This document shows positions 1-9,665 of a stretch of 64,000 nucleotides of DNA, piece after piece. Source of the DNA: Spirochaetia bacterium (GTDB taxonomy: Bacteria; Spirochaetota; Spirochaetia; SZUA-6; Bin103). The stretch is from the NCBI GenBank assembly GCA_965198005.1, contig CBDAOI010000003.1, forward strand, positions 992,001 to 1,056,000, written 5' to 3'. A program made the position numbers and the translations under genes. Position 1 is the stretch's first letter; every line of letters begins with the position of its first letter. The notes under the pieces are model-generated. The model had not been told where the DNA came from. It did not search any database and worked only from the letters and a program-made list of their open reading frames with translations.

Positions 1-85
1 CGCGCTCCATGGCCGTTTCGATTTCATGGCCGAAGAGCTGGCGGCGCAACTGCCTGGGCGTCCCGTTATCGAACAGGATGCGCAT
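1..85 (-). CDS. DUF5615-family PIN-like toxin (VapC45-like), 5' part; runs off the window edge
   Basis: Manual translation from ATG at 85: MRILFDNGTPRQLRRQLFGHEIETAMER, a typical DUF5615 N-terminus; overlaps the end of the DUF433 gene. Not in the ORF track. Confidence 0.8.
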   Translation of the reverse strand, partial: MRILFDNGTPRQLRRQLFGHEIETAMER

Positions 86-308
86 GGGTGACCTTGGCCC
101 GGAGGTCCTGCGCTACGTGCTCCAGCACCGCCTTCACCTCCGATTCCTCCACGCCCTCGAACCAGTCGATGAAGTCGTATATCGTAGCCCCCTCCGCAAG
201 ATTCTCGAAGAGGGCGTACACCGGCAAACGAGTGCCCGTGAACACCCAGTTGCCGCTCACCTTGCCGGGCACGCTCTCGACTGCCGGGCACTTCTCCCAG
301 TCCGTCAT
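66..308 (-). CDS. DUF433 domain antitoxin (VapB45-like)
   Basis: 80 aa with VESVPGKVSGNWVFTGTRLPV...LAEGATI motif typical of DUF433; ATG overlaps the hsdS stop (ATGA 305-308). Confidence 0.85.
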   Translation of the reverse strand: MTDWEKCPAVESVPGKVSGNWVFTGTRLPVYALFENLAEGATIYDFIDWFEGVEESEVKAVLEHVAQDLRAKVTHAHPVR

Positions 309-1790
309 ACGGTCACCTCACTTTCGATTGCCAACTGTTCTACCGTCTCATCCGGCTCGTAGAGGCCCTCAGCAATGCCGTCTGTCAGCGGGCCGCTCTC
401 GTCTATCTGGTCCTGGTCGTCGGCCTCGTCGGGCAGCTGAGCCGCCGCCTCGCGCACGTCCAGCTTGCCGGTCACCACGTCGGCGATGAGCCGCGTGCGG
501 TACTCCTGCACCAGTTCGATCTGACGGCGGGCGCGTGCGATGGCGGCTTCGATGTCCCAAGTGGCCTTGTCGAGGTATTCCGCGATGGCGGATTGTTCGG
601 CAACGGGCGGCAGCACCAGGCGCATGTATTTGAGTTGAGATCTGTAGATATGCATTATGGTTATCCCACGCCCCATGCACGATTTTTGATACGCGCTCTG
701 GACGCAATCGGTCGCATAGCCCGTGAAGCGTGGGTTCACGTCGATTCCTGGACGGAACAAAATCACGTCACCAGCCACAGTAGGATTCTTCATCGAGAAG
801 GTTGACTGCCGACTTACCAATTTCATCAATGGTCTCACCAGATCCGGCAAAGAGGATGTCACCATACTGCATAGGCGTGTAGTTTGAAGACCGTTCTAGG
901 CTAATGTAGGAACGGCTGCGCTCTATGTGATACTTGTGGTTCATGTAGATGTCCCCATATCGAATGCACGGAAGCCCTACATCCACTTCGTCTTCCTTTG
1001 TGCCTCCGCCACCCTTGGAGAACTTTCCTATTCGACCCAGTTGCAACACCTCCCAATGCTCCGGCACGTCGCCGAGCCACTCGACGCCGACGGGCTTGAG
1101 GGGGACGTTGGCGTCGAGGCCGCGGGTGACGGCCCGGTTGACGACAGCCTGCTTCTCCTCCTCCAGCAGCGCGATGAGCTTCCGCTTGGCGCTGACGTAG
1201 CGGCGGATGCGCCGGTCCACGTAGTCCAGGTAGCGCACGATGGCGGCCTGCTCGGCGAGGGGTGGGACCGGAAGCTGAACGGATTGTATGCCCGTGTGAG
1301 TAAGGCCGTACCTCGTCACACCATTCGCCGTCACGTGAAACTGATAGGCAACCCCGTCGGTTTGCAAAGCTCGTGCGAGATAAGCGCCCAGTATCTCTTT
1401 GGACGGCCGCAGCAAGGCCAGATGGTAGCCACAGATAAGGTCGTCGGCTGAATCCGTAACCAGGGCCGGAACCCCAATGTCGTCCCAAGCCTCGGAGTCC
1501 TTGGTGATGAGAACGTCACCTCGCTGTAGGCGGAACTTTTCGATTTCGTCCATCGACGCCGTAGCGCCCATGAAGGCCATACCCTGCTCGATATGGTCAT
1601 TTTTATACACATTGACATAGTTGCAGAGACGGACAGCGGATTCATCCTCCTTGAGGTGCTTATCTACGTTGCTGACACGCATATCGGCAACCGTCCGAAG
1701 CCGCCGCATCTCCCAATGCGCCGGCATGTCGCCGAGCCACTGTACGCCAGATGCCTTACAGGTGGGGTAGGAGCCCAATCCATTTATCAC
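305..1790 (-). CDS. hsdS: Type I restriction-modification specificity subunit HsdS, split by a +1 frameshift near 773
   Basis: ORFs 768..1790 and 305..865 give two TRD-conserved-region units (SGVQWLGDMPAHW, PPLAEQAAIVRYLD, GVEWLGDVPEHW, PPVAEQSAIAEYLD, RLIADVVTGKLDVR). Removing one base restores EESYCGGDVILFRP. Confidence 0.9.
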
Positions 1791-3391
1791 GAGAACAGAT
1801 CCCTCTCTAATTCCTGCAAGACCCCAGGCGTTTGTCTAAGTGCAGGAACCAAATGCTGCTGTGCAAACTCGATGCGACTATTGCCGAGATTGGCGATTTT
1901 GGTTAACTGCCTTATGGTTGCGAGCAATTTCTGCGAGACCTTCTTCATGTCGGCAGTAGCTACAGGGATTCCCTCAAGGAGCTGCGTTTGTTTGGCCAAG
2001 ACACTATTGACGGCCGTTACTCTTCCATTATTTGACAGAAAGGTCTTCAAAACATCAGGATCGTAGAGATAATTCTCCAATTCTCTCCTCCGAAGCACTC
2101 GTAGCCCGGTTGCAATTTTCTGCTGGCGAGCATTATCTGTCATCTCGTCACGGTCTATGACCCGCGAAATGGTTGCGCCCTTTGATACGGCCTGCAAGAC
2201 AGCGATCAAGGGTCCGCTTCTTACCACTTCAGCGGTCCCTCCATGCGACACGAAGAGCGTGTCTGGGCGGGCTTCAGCAAACAGGTCGTTGTAACACGCG
2301 GCATCAAAGCCTTTGTCAGCCTTGGAGTGGGCGCCCTCACAGACTACGATGTATTCTGGAGTTATCAGGTCAGCCAAGTCGTCCAAGGCAACTTCGTAAG
2401 CCCTGTGCCAGAAAGCTCTGCTTGGCACGCTGGGGCGGATTTTCACGTCCTGGTCTAGGTCATGTTCTGAGAAGTCAATGAAAGCCACATCGTCCTGTTG
2501 TCGCATCAGTTCATATGCCTTTCGCACGAACCCGATGGAATGAGTGGCGATCCACAATTGCGATTCTGGGGGCGTCATGTCCAGCATGACTTCCAATAGC
2601 CTGCCATGAAGGGCTGTGGCGGTGTGGGCCTCTGGTTCATCAATGCAGTAAATGGCATCTCGGTACTCAGAACGTTTGACAAACATATCCAACAACAAGT
2701 CGAATGCCGCCTTTTCTCCAGCAGACAAGTTCTTGTAATGAAAGTCGGAGGCCGTTCCTTTGGAGAATCGAAATACGCCCGTCGTCTGTATACCTCCAAA
2801 ATCCTGTAGGGCGAGAGGTGGATCTGCAAACAGTTTCGCCATGGAGTCTTGAAGCTCTCGTAAACACTCTTTTCGGTATTGTTCAAACGTAGTTGTACCG
2901 GGCTCATCTCCATCAAGGTCTGCCATGCGCCTCCAACTCAGACGGCTATAGTTCTCGGAAACTGCTCGATCTGGGTCGATGATGCGCGCGAAACGGGGCT
3001 TTTCTACGGAAGGTGCCACGCGCCCCAGCGTCTCCAACTGGAAATCCGCTTCATTCCTATAGGCGGTTCTTATGCAGAATACGCTAGACCACTGATCAGG
3101 CGCTGGCTTCTTGCCGTAAAAGGCAATATCGATTTTGCTAGCCACTTCACTAATGGACCTCAGTGCGGCTTCGGAGGATGAATCCTTCTGGTAGTAGTCG
3201 GCGAATTGGCCTTCAAGTCGATAGTTGTGCCGTTCCGCCTGCGACTTAGCCAAGAACGCATCGAACACAGATGATTTGCCACAGCCGTTTGGGCCAAGCA
3301 AGACCACTAGGCGCGTGGACTCAGGGATGTTTGTCAGGGTCAAGCTGGCAAATCTCTTGTAGTTGTTCAGCCGAACACGGTGGATTCTCAT
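1787..3391 (-). CDS. ABC-type (AAA_15/AAA_21-like) ATPase fused to a C-terminal TOPRIM-like domain (OLD/PARIS-like architecture)
   Basis: Walker A GPNGCGKS, signature LSAGEK, Walker B CIDEPEAH, H-loop IATHS; C-terminal VVCEG...D, VIDRD (DxD) and RRELENYL. Visibly more A/T-rich than hsdM; overlaps both neighbours. Confidence 0.8.
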   Translation of the reverse strand: MRIHRVRLNNYKRFASLTLTNIPESTRLVVLLGPNGCGKSSVFDAFLAKSQAERHNYRLEGQFADYYQKDSSSEAALRSISEVASKIDIAFYGKKPAPDQWSSVFCIRTAYRNEADFQLETLGRVAPSVEKPRFARIIDPDRAVSENYSRLSWRRMADLDGDEPGTTTFEQYRKECLRELQDSMAKLFADPPLALQDFGGIQTTGVFRFSKGTASDFHYKNLSAGEKAAFDLLLDMFVKRSEYRDAIYCIDEPEAHTATALHGRLLEVMLDMTPPESQLWIATHSIGFVRKAYELMRQQDDVAFIDFSEHDLDQDVKIRPSVPSRAFWHRAYEVALDDLADLITPEYIVVCEGAHSKADKGFDAACYNDLFAEARPDTLFVSHGGTAEVVRSGPLIAVLQAVSKGATISRVIDRDEMTDNARQQKIATGLRVLRRRELENYLYDPDVLKTFLSNNGRVTAVNSVLAKQTQLLEGIPVATADMKKVSQKLLATIRQLTKIANLGNSRIEFAQQHLVPALRQTPGVLQELERDLFS

Positions 3392-5523
3392 AAAGGTACT
3401 CCGCTGCCGGTTAGGCTCACTATCTCCGCCAACAGCCCCTCCGTCTCCCGCTCCAGCGTCAGTATGTCAGCCCGTATATCCTCCAGGGGGCGTAGGGGCT
3501 GAGGCTTGTAGAAGTGGCGGGTGAAGCTGATCTCGTAGCCAACCTTCACGCTGTCCGTCACGTGCCAGGCGTCTGGGGCGTAGGGCAGAACCTCGCGGCG
3601 CAGGAATGCTTCGATGCCGCCTTCCTCCATCAGAGGCACCTGCTCCGTGTCGCGCAGGTCGGTATCCGGCTCGTACTCGACGACGGCCGGCTTGCCGTCG
3701 ATGGTGGCGGCGAACAGGCCCTGCAATGGGTTGGGTTCCGTACCGGACTTGTGGGTCTTCTTGATGACGGGTTCGGCTGCCTCGTCCCGCACAGCAAATG
3801 ACGTCTGAAGGAGCTTGTTTCGCTTGGCTGTCAACTTGACGTGATGCTCGGAAATGTCTGTCTCTACGGCAGCCATGAAGCGATTGAAGTCGAGGTGATT
3901 CCCAGCGCCTGATGCGTCTGCCATCCGGTCGACGACGTTTGCAATCGGTTCTTCTTGGACTTCCTGGCATGCGGCCCGGAACCGGGCGCGTTGTTCCGGC
4001 GACAGATCGACGGCGAGGCGCAACGGACGCTCCACGGTGACCTTGCAGTAGCCGAAGGCCTCGTTGGGGAATATCTTCGACTGCTCCGTCTCCTCGAAGG
4101 CCAGGAAGGCGTCGCAGATGCGACGGATGTCCTCGTCGGACAGTTCGCAGTTCTTGCTGCCCAGGTTCTTGCGCAGCGGCCGGGACCACTGCGTGGCGTC
4201 GATGAGCTGAATCCGGCCCCGGCGGTGCGCCGGCTTGCGGTTGCTGAGTACCCAGATGTAGGTGGCGATGCCGGTGTTGTAGAACATGTTGAGCGGCAGC
4301 GCGACGATGGCTTCCAGCCAGTCGTTCTCGATGATCCAGCGGCGTATGTTGCTCTCGCCCTGCCCGGCGTCGCCAGTGAAGAGGGAGCTGCCGTTGTGGA
4401 CCTCGGCGATGCGGCTGCCCATCGGCGTGTCCCGCTTCATCTTGCTCAGCATGTTGGCAAGGAACATCATCTGGCCGTCGCTGGAGCGGGTGATGAGGGA
4501 GTAGTCCGAGTTGCCGCCGTGTTCCACGACGAAGCGCGGGTCCGTGATGTCGGACTTGCCGCCCATCCGCTCCAGGTCGGTCTTCCAGCTCTTGCCGTAG
4601 GGCGGATTGGAGAGCATGAAGTCGAACTCGCGGGCTGCGAAGGCGTCGGCGGAGAGGGTGGAGCCGAACTGCATGTTGTCGGCCTCGACGCCCTCGCCCT
4701 TCAGGATGAGGTCGGCCTTGCTGATGGCGTAGGTCTCGGCGTTGACTTCCTGGCCGTACAGGTGAACAGATACCTCTTTGCCACGCTCGGCGGCCAGCTG
4801 CGCCAGCGTCTCTTCCGCGACCGTCAGCATCCCGCCCGTGCCGCAGGCGCCGTCGTAGACCAGGTAGGTGCCGGACCTGACCTCGTTGGCCACGGGCAGG
4901 AAGACGAGGCGGGCCATGAGCTGCACCACATCACGCGGGGTGAAGTGCTCCCCGGCCTCCTCGTTGTTCTCCTCGTTGAAGCGGCGTATGAGCTCTTCGA
5001 AGACCGTGCCCATGCCGTGGTTGTCCAGGCCGTCGAGACGCACGGAGCCGTCTCCGTTAAGGATGGGCTTGGGGCTGAGGTTGATCGAGCTGTCCAGGAA
5101 CTTCTCCAGCAGGAAGCCGAGCACGTCCGCATCCACCAGCGTGGGAATCTGGTTGCGGAACTTGAACTTCGCCAGGACCTCTTCGACGTTGGGAGAGAAG
5201 CCGTCGAGGTATGCCTCGAAGTCTGCTCGCAACTGCTGTTGCCGCCCGCGGGATGTAAGGTCGCGGAGCCGGAAGGGGGAGGTGTTGTAGAAGGCCTCAC
5301 CGGAGGCTTGGCGCAGTGCCCGGTCCTGGTTCGTTATGCCGGCGTCGTCCAACTGGACCTTCATGCGGAGAACCGCGTCCTTGGTCGGTTCCAGAACTGC
5401 GTCGAGGCGGCGAATGACCGTCATGGGCAGGATGACGTCGCGGTACTTGCCGCGGACGTAGACATCGCGCAGAACGTCGTCCGCGATGCCCCAGATGAAG
5501 CTGCTGATGTTCAGAGCGCTCAC
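3388..5523 (-). CDS. hsdM: Type I restriction-modification N6-adenine methyltransferase HsdM
   Basis: 711 aa; FIWGIADDVLRD N-terminus, EAGEHFTPRDVV, motif I YDGACGTGGML, motif IV SNPPY, FYNTGIATYIW. Confidence 0.95.
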   Translation of the reverse strand: MSALNISSFIWGIADDVLRDVYVRGKYRDVILPMTVIRRLDAVLEPTKDAVLRMKVQLDDAGITNQDRALRQASGEAFYNTSPFRLRDLTSRGRQQQLRADFEAYLDGFSPNVEEVLAKFKFRNQIPTLVDADVLGFLLEKFLDSSINLSPKPILNGDGSVRLDGLDNHGMGTVFEELIRRFNEENNEEAGEHFTPRDVVQLMARLVFLPVANEVRSGTYLVYDGACGTGGMLTVAEETLAQLAAERGKEVSVHLYGQEVNAETYAISKADLILKGEGVEADNMQFGSTLSADAFAAREFDFMLSNPPYGKSWKTDLERMGGKSDITDPRFVVEHGGNSDYSLITRSSDGQMMFLANMLSKMKRDTPMGSRIAEVHNGSSLFTGDAGQGESNIRRWIIENDWLEAIVALPLNMFYNTGIATYIWVLSNRKPAHRRGRIQLIDATQWSRPLRKNLGSKNCELSDEDIRRICDAFLAFEETEQSKIFPNEAFGYCKVTVERPLRLAVDLSPEQRARFRAACQEVQEEPIANVVDRMADASGAGNHLDFNRFMAAVETDISEHHVKLTAKRNKLLQTSFAVRDEAAEPVIKKTHKSGTEPNPLQGLFAATIDGKPAVVEYEPDTDLRDTEQVPLMEEGGIEAFLRREVLPYAPDAWHVTDSVKVGYEISFTRHFYKPQPLRPLEDIRADILTLERETEGLLAEIVSLTGSGVPL

Positions 5524-5654
5524 CGGCTTCTCCCTGCCAATGCCCGTGGCTGGCCAAGCGGAGTCGTAATGCCGGCAGACCTTCTGCGTCGGCGCAGGGT
5601 CTCTGCCCCCGTGCTTGAGCCGATGACCTTCGACTCATGTTGTTCCACGATTCG

Positions 5655-5683
5655 ACTATAGCAACGACTATCGACGATTGCAA
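5655..5683 (-). promoter_or_regulatory. Putative sigma70 promoter of the hsdM operon
   Basis: Minus strand TTGCAA (5683-5678), 17-bp spacer, TATAGT (5660-5655) preceded by TGC (extended -10). Confidence 0.6.
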
Positions 5684-6116
5684 TTGCGGCGTAGGCGCCC
5701 AAATCCTCGCATAAGGCCGCCGGGGGCCGCCGCCCGCGCCCGCTGGCCATGGAACAGGCCCGTGGACCGCCTTCGGAGTCGTGCGATGTGGTGCAGAGTC
5801 AGATTTCACTGGACGGCCGGCGACAGAAGATGCCCGGAAGCTCACAGCAGGCCATTCAGAGGCAGCTATCCCGGGCGCCGGAAGGCCAGTTCTCGGCGCT
5901 TGGTCCGGGTGCCTTCCTGGTAGCGGTAACGGTGGGGCATCTTCGCTACAGCGGGGACGAGGCGCCGCGCCGGCCCGGCGCCCACGTCGGGCGGCGGCCA
6001 TCGCCCGGAGCCGGGACCTCGGTGATTGTTCAATCCGGCAGACGCCGATCAACGGCCTGCTCCGCCCTTATGCCAACGGCGGTATAATCCGGTCGTGAAG
6101 GTCTGGGAGAACGTAG

Positions 6117-6338
6117 ATGGGACAGACTGAGTATCTCGTCATCGTAGAGAAGTACGGCCCCGGCTCGTTTGGAGCGTATGTACCGGAACTCCCGGGCATC
6201 GGCGTGGCTGGCGAAACTGAGGATGAGGTACGCGACTTGGTGGCCGCAGCGATCAGGCTGTATCTCGACGAGCTGGAGCGGGACGAGAACGCTGCCGCCG
6301 AGTCGGTAGTGGTGAACCACTACACTATTGCGGTATGA
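6117..6338 (+). CDS. HicB-like antitoxin (short form, no adjacent HicA seen)
   Basis: YLVIVEK..GSFGAYVPELPGIGVAGETEDEVRDLVAAAIRLYL matches the HicB N-terminal fold; TATAAT at 6083-6088 upstream. Confidence 0.8.
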   Translation: MGQTEYLVIVEKYGPGSFGAYVPELPGIGVAGETEDEVRDLVAAAIRLYLDELERDENAAAESVVVNHYTIAV

Positions 6339-7046
6339 CAACAGATTCGAGCGTTGTCATCAGTGTCCGGATAGCGGACCCTGGGGTCCAGGACCGCGTA
6401 GACCAGGTCGATGAGCAGATTGATCCCCACCACGCCCGTGGCGAAGAACAGGTTGATACCGGAGACCATCGGGTAGTCTCTGTTGTTGAGGGCATTCAGC
6501 AGGAGACGCCCGAGCCCCGGCAGGTTGAAGATGTTCTCCATGATGACGGCGCCCCCGACCAGGATCGGCAACTGCAGGCCGATCAGGGACACCACCGGGA
6601 TGAGGGCATTCTTGACGGCGTGTCGGACTCACCACGGCCCGTCCGTCCCTGAGGCCCGATTTCGACCAGGCGGTCCTCGATATAGTCTCGCTATGCCGGA
6701 GCACCTCCAGCATCATGGTGCGGGTCATCCGCATGGTGGCGGCCGCCGCGGCCGTTCCCAGAATCAGGCTGGGGATCAGGAACCCCCAGAGATTCCCGAG
6801 CGGATCCTCGGTGAAAGGAACCAATTCCAGCGGGGGCGTCCAGCCCCACCAGATGGCCGGGTAGATCATCACCATGATGCCGAGCCAGAAGTTGGGCGTG
6901 GCCAGGCCGATGACGGCGACCGAGCGCCCCAGGTAGTCGGCGGCGCTATCCTGGCGAATCGCCGAGTAGACGCCGACCGGCAGCGCGATCACCAGCCCGA
7001 TGACGATTGCCATGACGCCGAGCTGGATGGTTACCGGCAGTCCCAC
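6320..7046 (-). pseudogene. Dpp/Opp ABC permease (DppB-like), 5'-truncated and frameshifted
   Basis: LPVTIQLG...GLATPNFWLG...MRMTRTMMLEVLR, then frameshifted ENIFNLPGLGRLL...DPRVRY; close paralog of 38110..39078. Confidence 0.85.
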
Positions 7047-7273
7047 CTACCTGAGGGATGGCTTAGGCTGCCTCTCCCTTCCGCGTCCATACGCACCGCC
7101 CAGCAGGGAGCCGGCCAAGGCTGCCGTAGCGGCAGGATGCGGCCCAATATCGACATCGCCGGGGATGTGCTGCCTCTCAGCCCTCCTGAGAGAGGAGCTG
7201 GGAAACCCGCTCGGAAGCGGCTCCCGGCTCCTGAGCGTTATCAGACCACGCCTCTCAGCCGGGGCGAAAGCCC

Positions 7274-8735
7274 CTAGAATCCCATCGACTACTTCAGCTC
7301 CTGATCAATCCAGAGGCGGGCGAACACCCAATTCTTGAGAGCGAAACCCAACCGGAATTCACCGTTGTAACCTTTGAGCCACGGCTGGGTCGCTTCAAAC
7401 CTCGGACCTATGGGCCCCCATACGGTCCAGTGCTTCTCTATCGCGTACATATCCATCGCTATAACCAGCCTCTGCTGCTCCTCTGTGGTCGCAGCCGCGG
7501 CGTTTCAAACGGCTTCATAATCGGGTCGCACTGCGGCGTTGATCAGTGTGGGACCCGCAACGAGAGCATCACGACCCCCATAGCGTTCGGTCATCGATGC
7601 TCGTTTCGAATTCGTAGGAGTGCTTGCCCTCGTCGTTGTCGATATGAGCGTGCCCGAGTTCTGGCCAGCTCACCGGTGCCGGAGTCTGGAACGATCGTCG
7701 GAACCGTCAACGCGGCCTCTGCCCCTCTCCATCGAACCGTGAGCTGCTGAAGGACGAACGAGCCCCGTATGCCACCGATCCCCTATCAGCCCGTGGGGTG
7801 TTCGTATCTGCATAACCCTTAAAGTACGCTTGGTTAATCTCTTCGAGATTTATGGCCATCTGCATGGCTTGGCGTACCCTGATGTCATCGAAGGGCGGGT
7901 TATTCACGTTAAGACCACTAGCGGCGAGGGTCACAGTGTAAACGGGCCGCAACTCGATTTCGGGGTTGGTCCGCTCGAGGCTCTCTGCCTGGTCGATAGA
8001 CCCTATGTTGCCGAGGCCCAACCCGACGTAATCAAGCTTACCCGAGCGCAGTGCCGCCAGATAGGTTGCCGCTTCATGGCATGAGCAGGCCCCTTATCTC
8101 GTCAACATAGGGCAAGCGGTTCTCCGGGTATTTTTCGTCGGTGCCCCAGTAGTCGGGATTCTTGATAAAGGTTTTGGAGCTGCCCTCGACCACGTGCGCG
8201 TCAGCATAAAGGGTCCGGTGCCGACCAGGTTCTTCCAATCCGTCGCGTCGCCGTATTGCTTGATGACCTCGGGGGGGTAGATGAAAGCAATCCAGTCGTC
8301 GATGATAGCCGCCAGCCCATTGAGGTGTGGCTGCTTCAGTTTGAAAACCACTGTCGATTCGTCGGTGGCCGTTATCGATTCGAATGACAACGATTTGAGA
8401 GCTTGGGTAAATTGGGTAGGCTCGGTGAAGCCGCTGCCCAGACCCATCAGGCGGTGATAGTTGTACTCGATATCTTGGGCAGTCAGCTCCCGACCGTTCA
8501 TCGGCGGCTTATCATGCCAGTGAACGCCCTGGCGGACGTTGACGATAATAGTGAGTGGGTCCGGCTGCGACCAGCTTTCCGCCAGCTGCCCTGTCATGAC
8601 AAACAAAGGCGCGGAGAGACCTGCGAAGTCATATTCGGCCCTATCTATTCCCCAGTCGACCGTGCCTAGCTTCTCTAAAACACCATTGAAGAATTGATTC
8701 CCCCAGACACCAGAGAGCGTGACGTCAGGGGTCAT
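7274..8735 (-). pseudogene. Family-5 ABC solute-binding protein, fragmented
   Basis: Pieces in different frames: GQLAESWSQPD...VRQGVHWHDKPPMNGRELTA, PFDDIRVRQAMQMAIN, and C-terminal FARLWIDQELK*SMGF*; unrelated sequence interleaved at about 7550-7770. Confidence 0.85.
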
Positions 8736-9020
8736 CCGTTAGCGTAACGAACAGGTGCTCGCATTGTCAAAGGTGGCGGAAGCGAAACCAATAATCAACG
8801 GCTCTGTCGTGTAATCATCAAGAATATTGGAAGACCGAGACGTCCGAGTCATGCAACGGCCAGAGGAAGCAGGGAGTAGTGCTTTGAAACCGGCGTTATG
8901 CCGCGACCTGAACGCCGGAACAGCGCGCGGTAACGCGAACCCAAGATGCCTACACCGTGCAATGTACCGGAAGCCGGAGCGAGAAGTAAATAAGGAACCG
9001 GATTTGGACTTAGGCCGGAC

Positions 9021-9665
9021 TTAGGCCGGGACGGCGCAGAAGTGACCTTCGATTCGACGCCCGTGCACACCGCTCGCCCAGGTCCCGGCGAAGGCTCCGG
9101 ACGGCGTCACGCGCGTCACGTACAGCGCCGTGTAGCCCCCATCGAACGCTCCCTGCCGGTCCCGCTGATTGGCGAGCGACCCCAGACGCAACGTAATCGA
9201 GTCCGGCTCCGACTCCCCCTGCTGCTCCAGCACGAGCACGCCGGGCCGTAGCGGATCGCGCGCGCCGACGTCGCCGATCTCCGCGGCGCCGACCGCCGCC
9301 AGATCGATCTCCGCCCACCCGTAGAGCGGCACGCGCACGGTGTCGTCGACGGCGCCCCCCGCCCTGGTGAACCGGCGCAGCTCCGCCTCGTTGGGCGCGA
9401 GCCGGAGTGCTCCCGACGCCGACGGCGCCGCGCCGTCACTCGTCGCGCCGACCAGCGTGAGCCGGTACTCTCCCGCCGCCTGCTCCAGGGTCGCGCCGGG
9501 CTCCAGGGTGCCCGGCTGCAGGTCGCAGGCCGCGGCCACCGGCGGGGTTGCGCGCGCCTCGGCGGTCGCGCATCCGGCTACGGCGACCGCCACCGTGCAG
9601 ACGACGACTGCTAATAGCTGGGCGCGGTGGCGAAGGGTGTGAGTTGCAGTTCGTGGGTCCAGCAT
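9021..9665 (-). CDS. Hypothetical exported protein/lipoprotein
   Basis: Likely start ATG 9665; hydrophobic LLAVVVCTVAVAVAGC lipobox-like stretch, then a beta-rich domain ending FAGTWASG...GHFCA. The longer ORF call is a shadow of the SDR. Confidence 0.6.
   Translation of the reverse strand: MLDPRTATHTLRHRAQLLAVVVCTVAVAVAGCATAEARATPPVAAACDLQPGTLEPGATLEQAAGEYRLTLVGATSDGAAPSASGALRLAPNEAELRRFTRAGGAVDDTVRVPLYGWAEIDLAAVGAAEIGDVGARDPLRPGVLVLEQQGESEPDSITLRLGSLANQRDRQGAFDGGYTALYVTRVTPSGAFAGTWASGVHGRRIEGHFCAVPA

Noticed and set aside
3955-5661. Long antisense ORFs (e.g. 3955..5661, 14285..16333, 19047..21425, 41465..43099, 50344..52389)
   Set aside because: Shadow frames of GC-rich genes on the opposite strand, with no motifs.
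9006-9029. GGACTTAGGCC direct repeat as a target-site duplication
   Set aside because: Copies are adjacent with no element between them; likely a junction or slippage duplication.
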